Below are positions 17,017-23,224 of a DNA stretch of 23,224 nt, piece by piece. The stretch lies in assembly GCA_964035545.1 (NCBI GenBank), contig CAXIUT010000191.1, forward strand, positions 1-23,224, written 5' to 3'. Every line of letters begins with the position of its first letter. Position 1 is the stretch's first letter. Position numbers and translations under genes: made by a program. This stretch comes from Bugula neritina. Taxonomy: Eukaryota; Animalia; Bryozoa. The notes beneath the pieces were generated by a model. The model saw only the letters and a list, made by a program, of their open reading frames with translations. It did not search any database and was not told where the DNA came from.

Positions 17017-18030
17017 TTACCCTACTTTTCCTTCAAAGTTTTCCGTCAACCAGCCATCAACGAAATTCAAACTAGCTGATATCGCGCCAATTGCATCACT
17101 GTCGGGAAAAGCAATATCTGCAAGATCGACAGAAGATTTTAGAAATTCATAATTTTCATATAATTCGTATATAGAATAAGCTATTGCGAACGGCCCACCA
17201 ATAGCACGAGCAAGTAAACCCGCCCCTACTTCAAGAGCGGACACCCCCAAAAAAGAGGTCAGCGCATTCGCGTCAATATCCAAATTAGAATTTTCGACAA
17301 ACTGGCGCAACTCATTAGCAGTGAGTTCTTCTTTCTTTACAATATCTGCAGCTAATTTACCAAGAGACGCGACACTTAAACCAATCGCAGCAGCACCAAC
17401 TGTTCCAGAAGATTTATCTAAATCAAATCCGGAATGTATCTTTGCCTTTATGTCAGGATCAATATTGTGAAATGTTTGCCCAGACGTGATTTTAGAAAAA
17501 TTATCACTATCCAGATATTTGGAAAAAGGTTTTCCAATCTTTTTGAAATTTGGATCAGTAGTAACCAAGTACAAATTTGGGAGTTCTTTTACTTCATCAA
17601 ATATCTTAAAGTGATCAAAATCAATAGAAGGCGCTAAAGCCTGCTTTACACCTCTCAACTCTCCAATCAAATTAGATTTTGCTTGTGCTGGAGTAAGCCC
17701 CTCGGCGTCCATCTTTACTTGAACACCCAAGATATATGATCGCAAGAAAATAGTGTATTCAGGTGAGTGACTACCATGCTTTGCTAGCGAGTATTGACCC
17801 TTCTCAATACCTAGCAACGCGTCTTCTATAGGTAACGGAACTCCATTATATTCAGAATCAAAATCAAAATCGATCTTATCGAGAAAGCTTATGATATCTT
17901 CATCATAGTATAAGCTCGTAGGGTCTTTTAAGCTTTGAGGGATAACATGGTGGGCTTGCCACTTACCCAGCTTGAGAAGCTCGCTATCAGAATATGAATT
18001 CTCAAGTGATTTTCGCAAAGCATCGGCCAC
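17017..18030 (-). CDS. AHH (HNH/EndoVII-fold) nuclease toxin domain + Gly/Ala-rich hydrophobic helices
   Basis: WQAHHVIP...FDFDSEYNGVPLP...KHGSHSPEY matches the AHH pattern. The GTG start follows GGAG, 1 nt after the upstream stop. Confidence 0.82.
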   Translation of the reverse strand: MADALRKSLENSYSDSELLKLGKWQAHHVIPQSLKDPTSLYYDEDIISFLDKIDFDFDSEYNGVPLPIEDALLGIEKGQYSLAKHGSHSPEYTIFLRSYILGVQVKMDAEGLTPAQAKSNLIGELRGVKQALAPSIDFDHFKIFDEVKELPNLYLVTTDPNFKKIGKPFSKYLDSDNFSKITSGQTFHNIDPDIKAKIHSGFDLDKSSGTVGAAAIGLSVASLGKLAADIVKKEELTANELRQFVENSNLDIDANALTSFLGVSALEVGAGLLARAIGGPFAIAYSIYELYENYEFLKSSVDLADIAFPDSDAIGAISASLNFVDGWLTENFEGKVG

Positions 18031-18031
18031 A

Positions 18032-18653
18032 TTAAATCTCCACGCATTTATTTACTAACAGACATTGAATTGCCGTTTCATTTAGTATTTCGAATAAATT
18101 GTCGGAAATATACAGCATGTCCCTACCCAGTACCGTTGAGTCCATCCAAATATCAAAACTTGATATCTTTGATTTGTGAACGGATAGCGGTATATTCAAA
18201 TTGTTATGATCAATTTTTCCATAAACTTTCCCATCGACACTTTGGCATTCCACAAAACGATCTCTGCACTCATTAGAAATCGCCTTCACAAACTTTTCAA
18301 TTCTTATCAAAAAATATTCTGAATTCTGACGCACTTTTACTATCAAGTACACTTGAATAAATGGGCACCAAGTCAACTTTGTTTTTTGCATTTTTTAATA
18401 GAAAATTCGCCACAATATCGTCACAAAACCAATAGTGACCACGTCCAAAAAAATTTGGCAACCACTCCTGTGTCGAGAACTTCACTTTTACTTCGTAGCG
18501 ATCTAATTTGGGAAATTCACCAAGAAATATGGAGCGGCGTGATTCTGTGCTAAAAAATTCCTTCGGGCAATCAACTATCTCGACCCACGCCTTTTCACCC
18601 AGCGGATATAGATCAAAGGATCTTGGAATTGTATGGGAAATTTGCTTTGTCAT
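18032..18653 (-). CDS. Imm11/DUF1629-like immunity protein (split by one frameshift at ~18310-18390)
   Basis: Overlapping ORFs 18297-18653 and 18032-18391 join to ~207 aa with LPNFF..WFCDD..FL..VDLVPI / YFLIRI..DIW..LYISDNLFEIL. The gene is adjacent to an AHH domain. Confidence 0.65.
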
Positions 18654-18739
18654 AATATTTAATTTTTCAAAAATACTTATTACTTTTACCTTAGTGAATT
18701 AAATATAAATGCAAGCGCAAAAAAAATTAATTCGAAAAC

Positions 18740-19484
18740 TTAAGAAAACCCGTATGCATTTATCACTTCAATAAATTCTACCTGCGATCCACCAACATCA
18801 GGATGGTTCTTTTTAACCTTGCGTCTATACGCTGCCTTTAACTCATCAGGGCTATAGCTCCTTGACGGATCAAGTCCCAAAATCATCAAGCAACGCGTTC
18901 TTTCATCTTCAGCAGGCGATGGATTCTTTGCAGCACTTCCTCGACCTTTTTGAGGATTGGTAGCGGCTCTGTTCTTTCGTGTCACCCGCTTTGTCCCTTT
19001 TATCTTGAGTCGCCTTAGCCTTCCGCCGAAACCCTCTAGCCTCATCCTGCCAACCAGCACGGGCACTCTGCCTCTGTTCTTGCGGCTTATACGCTTGGCG
19101 CCGCGTTTCCTCTCTCAGCTCATGTTCCCGCTCTTCCAGTTCTTGCTCACGCCTACGGATGTCCTCAAACGCGCTGCGATACCGAAACGCATAGATCAAA
19201 TCTCCGAGGTTCCCCGCCCATGCCAGCGCTGAGAAAAAAAGTCCCCACATGCGCCACGCCCAACACGAAAATGCCGCCCAGGATGGGGCCCAGCATCGCG
19301 GACGGGTTCGTAGAGAAACAGACCAAAATAAAGAATGAGCAGGATTTTCCACCAGGACAGGCGCTTGGTGAGCTTGCCTAGATATTTGCCAGCGAGGAAT
19401 AGAACTATCAGCAGAAACAGAAACGCCGGATTGAATAGAGCTGTCAGGGCAAGGCGCCTGAAGATCCTCAAAGTAGTCTATCAT
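18740..19484 (-). CDS. Membrane-anchored J-domain (DnaJ-like) protein, frameshifted in assembly
   Basis: The pieces give N-terminal TM helices (FLFLLIVLFLAG, WWKILLILYFGLFLY), a coiled coil, and C-terminal ILGL..ELKAAYRRKVKKNHPDVGG with HPD. Confidence 0.78.
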
Positions 19485-20942
19485 TGCAGCGGCACCCTTT
19501 GATTTTCGCTGCGCCTTGCTGTTTACTGAGATGCGCTGCGCCGTAGCGTTTCGGAACGCGGGACAACTTGCGGTGCTGGAAATAGGGTGTGGTTTCAATA
19601 ATTGCAGGGTTTTTGTTTGCACTGACCAAAAGCGCCTGCGTGTCTCCCATTCTTCGGATCGCATCAGCGTTGAGCAGATTGTACTCGTGCCGCTGCTGCG
19701 TGATGTCTTCGATCTTATCCCCTTCGAACCTCGATGACCTTTCCGGCTATGGCCTCAAAGAAACGCGCCGTCTCTTGGTCTGAGCCGCTATAGGCAAGAT
19801 AGGTGGTAAAGCCGCCTTGGATGCTCTGCGCGTAGTCTCGACCATAACGGGCAGAAAGCTGGCTCAGGGATTGCAGCACAATCGATAGGCTCACTTTGTA
19901 ACCCCTGATCGTGTTCGCCACGGATACGAAGGACGGTATCGTGGAGTGACCAAATTCATCATAGAGAATGTAGAGCGGAAGTGTAGATTTCGTGGGCATC
20001 TTTCGCATTGAAGCGTTGAACACGCTGCGGAAAAACACGCTCGTCCAAAATCCATAATATTCAGCCAAATGCGGCGGCGTTATAAAAAACACAGCCGTCT
20101 TTTCATGGCGGATGGATTCCAGGCTGAAGCTGCTACTGGCGGTCAGCTCGATCAAGTTCTTGTTGGTGAAGGCTTTCAGGGCCGTCAGCGCTGTAAGAGC
20201 GAAGCTCTGCACCGCGTTTGGGTTTCCCGTCACGGCTCCCTTCCATTCTTCCCACAGGCTTGAATCCTCTGGGTTGCTCGGATTGTAGGCCCACTTGATT
20301 ACAAAGTCGTCCAGGGGTGAGCCGTCCTGCCCAAAATTCTGAAGGCAGTGATACAAATTCCCCAGGGTGTAATAACTGGGGTCACTGTATCCTGCGCGCT
20401 GCAAAAGTTTGAGGCAAGATAGAGATCATGCGCGTTGCGCCGTGTTCCAAAACTCATCCTTGGAACTACCTGACCCCTGCTTTGATAAGAATTTCCGCAA
20501 TCTGCTCGATTTCAATATCGTCCTTGGCTTCAAGCAGAGGATTGAAGTTTGAGCTGCTGGCAAGATCTTCAGGATTTATCGCAATGACCTTGAAGCCACG
20601 TGATTGCAGATAGCCTGAAGTTTCCGCGAACACCTCGCCTTGGGGTCATTCACCACAATGGAGCAGTTTCGTTTCGCGCGATCCAAAACCGACGGTATAA
20701 TATACCGACTGGTTTTCCCCGCTCCCACGCGGGCAATGACCGCTACGTTTTGAAAACTCTCACGCTCAGGACAGCCGGCCTTCATTACCATCCATGAGCA
20801 GGCCTGTGTTGCGTGAAGAAAGCAGGGTGCTGGTTTCTGAACCTGTGAGCATACGCGCGCCGCCTTGTCGCTTCAGGAACTTCCCAAAGAGTAGGGCATA
20901 TCCCGCGTTCTTACTCAACTCACTCAAAAATCTTCCCAGCAC
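19481..20942 (-). CDS. VirD4/TraG-like type IV coupling protein, frameshifted in assembly
   Basis: Walker A ARVGAGKT, IVVNDPK, Walker B ILYDEFG and SIVLQSLSQLSARYG are spread over several frames. Boundaries are approximate. Confidence 0.85.
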
Positions 20943-21102
20943 CTTCAGCCTCTCTCAGATGTTCACGTGTCTTGCCATGTTGTTTGGTTTTTAGATGCTT
21001 GAGTAAATGCAGATAACGGTTCTGGATGCCTCGCAAGCTTGCCTGAGTGGCAAGGCGCACGGTGGCGGTCAGCTCGCGCAGGATGGCTTGGACGCTCTGA
21101 CC

Positions 21103-22264
21103 TCACCTGCTGCGTCCACCTTTGCTCTGTCCATCCTTGCCTGTAATCGTGCGGGCTACTTCGTCCTTGGTTTCTCTCAGCTCATCCATACTGCGTTTCC
21201 AAGCATTCTGGATAGGTGAGAGGCCTTCGCCTTGCTCTTCAGTTCGACCATCTTCGGATTTTACTCCAGAAGGATCAGGAACGACGCGTTCCCCCTCATC
21301 CACGATCTGTACCTTCTGCGGTTCTCCTGGCGCACTTCCCATATCTCGCTCCTGTGTTTGCTCTTCTTGCGTACCATCTGGCGCTTTGCGCTGCGTATCA
21401 TGCTCGGTCTCACGACTTCGCTTCCCAGCGTCTTTTTCTTTTTCACCCGCAGCCTTTTTCTCAGCTCAACGCTTCTCTCATCCTGACGTTCAACATCTAC
21501 CCCAGAGAGCCGGATTTCGATCTGATCGGCCACCTGCAAATCCAGCGTCTTCAGGCGATGCTTTTTGCCTGTCTCCAGATCCACCACGCCGACGGTCTTC
21601 CCTCGAACATAGAGGTCGAGGCCCTCATGGCCGAGCGCTGCGAGAAGGCTGTCACGGTCTTCGCTGGCCTCATAAGCGCTGCCGATACGCTGCAAGATGT
21701 CTTCACGCTTCGGACGCTGCCCTGTGCGGCGTTCTAGCTCGGCTTCCCTCTTGCCGCGTCCACGCTCTGAGCGTTTTCCAATCGCGAGTTTCTGTTCCAG
21801 CTCAGGGTAGTCTGAAGCACGTGCGCTTCGAGCTTCACTTGGATGTCTCGAAACTGGTGTTTGGTGAGACGCTGGCGTTTCACCTCGCCTGAGCGATTGG
21901 CAGAGATCATCAGGTGCATATGGTAGGAATGATCCTTGTCCTGGTGCAGGCCACCATAGACCAGATTGTCCGGGCAACGCGCCGCGATGTATTCACGCGC
22001 GATCTCATGCAGGCGCTCTTTCTGCTCTTGCGCGCTGAGGCCCTTGCGCGGGTTATCGAGATGATTTCGTGAAACAGGTAGGTGCCGTTTTTGCGTTTCT
22101 GCAATAAACTCCGCATTGCGCTCATACTCATCTCTGATGCTGCGGTGGTCACGTCCTAGCAGATTGTGCCGCAGCGTGAATTCTTCCTGCCCCTCTTCGC
22201 GGTCAATATACTCCAAGAGCTGACCAAAGCTTGGCACCTTGCGGCTCATGGATTTGATTATCAT
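21103..22264 (-). CDS. MOBP-type relaxase, frameshifted in assembly
   Basis: Motif I (LLEYI), motif II (YLFHEIIS) and HUH motif III (LHQDKDHSYHMHLMISAN), followed by a charged C-terminal tail. Confidence 0.88.
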
Positions 22265-22674
22265 GCAGAGCCGCCTGGTGGTTTAGGTTTTGCGTGCTGC
22301 TTCGCTGCGGCGATGGCCTTTTTCAGCTCAGCTTCCAGAGACTGGATGTAGAGAAAGGGCGTGCGTGTCATCGAGGACCTGCCGGACGCGATTGGAGTGG
22401 TGCGCCATCTGATTCACGTTGTTTTGCAATATTGCGAACCGTGCGGGTCCAGGTCAGCAAGCTGCTCAAGCAGATCTTCTGGCACAGAGGCTTCGAGCTG
22501 GCCTTGATGGGCCTGTAGGGCGCGGCGTTTAACATGGGCGGAAAGGCTCTCTCCAGAAGCCTGGCCGCGCGTGACAAAGTCACGATGTTCAGCCACGCTC
22601 AAAGTAAGGTTCACGCGTTTCGCCTGAGCCTTGTTGCTTTGTCGGTATTCTCTCTGGTAGCTCTGTCTATCCAT
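22261..22674 (-). CDS. mobC: MobC relaxosome accessory protein, frameshifted in assembly
   Basis: RHH KRVNLTLS..EH..SLSAHVKRRAL, then across frameshifts VRNIA-NNVNQMAH (MobC motif). The stop overlaps the relaxase ATG. Confidence 0.82.
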
Positions 22675-22739
22675 TGGGCCTTAGGGCGATTAGGGTTCAA
22701 AGGGAAATGCGCCTGAGCAGTCTTTCCCTTGTCTGGGGT

Positions 22740-22845
22740 GCAGGGGTGAAAAACCCCCTGCCAAGATGCGTATTCGCGAACAGATTTTAGCCAGCAACGC
22801 GAGGCTCAAAAATCTTGTTCGTTACGAATATGCAATCTTGCAACG
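22740..22845. promoter_or_regulatory. oriT: short hairpin plus ~37-bp inverted repeat ending at putative nic (22840/22841)
   Basis: GCAGGGG-N8-CCCCTGC at 22740-22761. Arm 22762-22795 is complementary to 5-41 (degenerate copy at 22804-22840). Lies upstream of mobC. Confidence 0.7.
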
Positions 22846-23224
22846 TACGAAACGCTGCCAGTATGCGCAAAATTATCGAGGTGTCAAAACGAGCTGCTTC
22901 ACTCGTTCTTCACATAAAGCCGATGTGTGGTCTGATGGCTTAAATTTGTGTGAAGATTTTGCGGGTGAAAAAGAAAAAACAGGTGTCGGGTTAGATACGG
23001 TAGCCGCGTTTGAATTTTTGCTGCGCGAGGTGTGCCAGAGCATCTACGGCTTGGCCTTCATCTGCGTGGTAGCTGGTCTTGAGTTTGCCACCAGAGCCGA
23101 TACGTCCCCATTCGCGAACGAGGGTCGCGCCTCCAAAGAGATCGCGCTGCACGGTCATCAAATAGAAGCGCGCATCTTGTGTATAGGGTCGATCCGGCGC
23201 AGCTTAATGCGGCTTGGAAAAAAC
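22800..23224. repeat. Terminal direct repeat, right copy (includes 3' part of WGR gene, 22991-23224)
   Basis: Duplicate of 1-~423. Confidence 0.95.

Noticed and set aside
21122-21892. 256-aa and other plus-strand ORFs over the relaxase
   Set aside because: They are antisense shadows of the relaxase with no recognisable motifs. The same applies to the many short ORFs opposite rep, the transposase and the RTX gene.
18740-22674. Decayed (pseudogenised) mobilisation region
   Set aside because: Catalytic motifs are intact, the lesions are small indels, and the same error type is seen between the two overlap copies. Real decay cannot be fully excluded without reads.
22800-23224. Long terminal repeat or second WGR gene
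   Set aside because: Best explained as an untrimmed circular overlap; it spans both contig ends exactly.

Overview
The window appears to be a complete circular plasmid of about 22.8 kb. Bases 1-~423 recur at 22800-23224 with several indels, so the contig has an untrimmed overlap and visible indel errors, concentrated at the right end. The host is probably an alphaproteobacterium (Rhodobacteraceae/Roseobacteraceae-like H-NS, WGR and IS30 proteins; inference). The backbone comprises an iteron origin with a Rep_3/RepB initiator, a compact ParA plus an AT-hook/RHH partner, a toprim primase, a MOBP-type mobilisation region (oriT, mobC, relaxase, VirD4-like coupling protein, J-domain protein; all frameshifted in this assembly), a FimB/FimE-like tyrosine recombinase and two toxin-antitoxin pairs. 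Accessory genes are WGR, a HEPN-motif protein, H-NS, and an IS30-truncated CDF transporter with a methyltransferase. The most notable cargo is an 8.2-kb minus-strand operon: an Imm11-like immunity gene, then AHH nuclease + hydrophobic helices, M23 peptidase, and Calx-beta/PPC/CARDB + RTX C-terminus (three ORFs that two single-base insertions would fuse into one ~2091-aa protein), then a VanZ-like membrane protein and a TbpB-like barrel protein. This looks like a type I-secreted polymorphic toxin with an N-terminal warhead. Three cryptic DNA motif families were also found: a dispersed 18-bp motif around oriT and oriV (candidate primase sites), recombinase-type sites flanking brnTA, and dif-like sites flanking the metal cassette. 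All family calls come from motif recognition by eye; no database searches were run.
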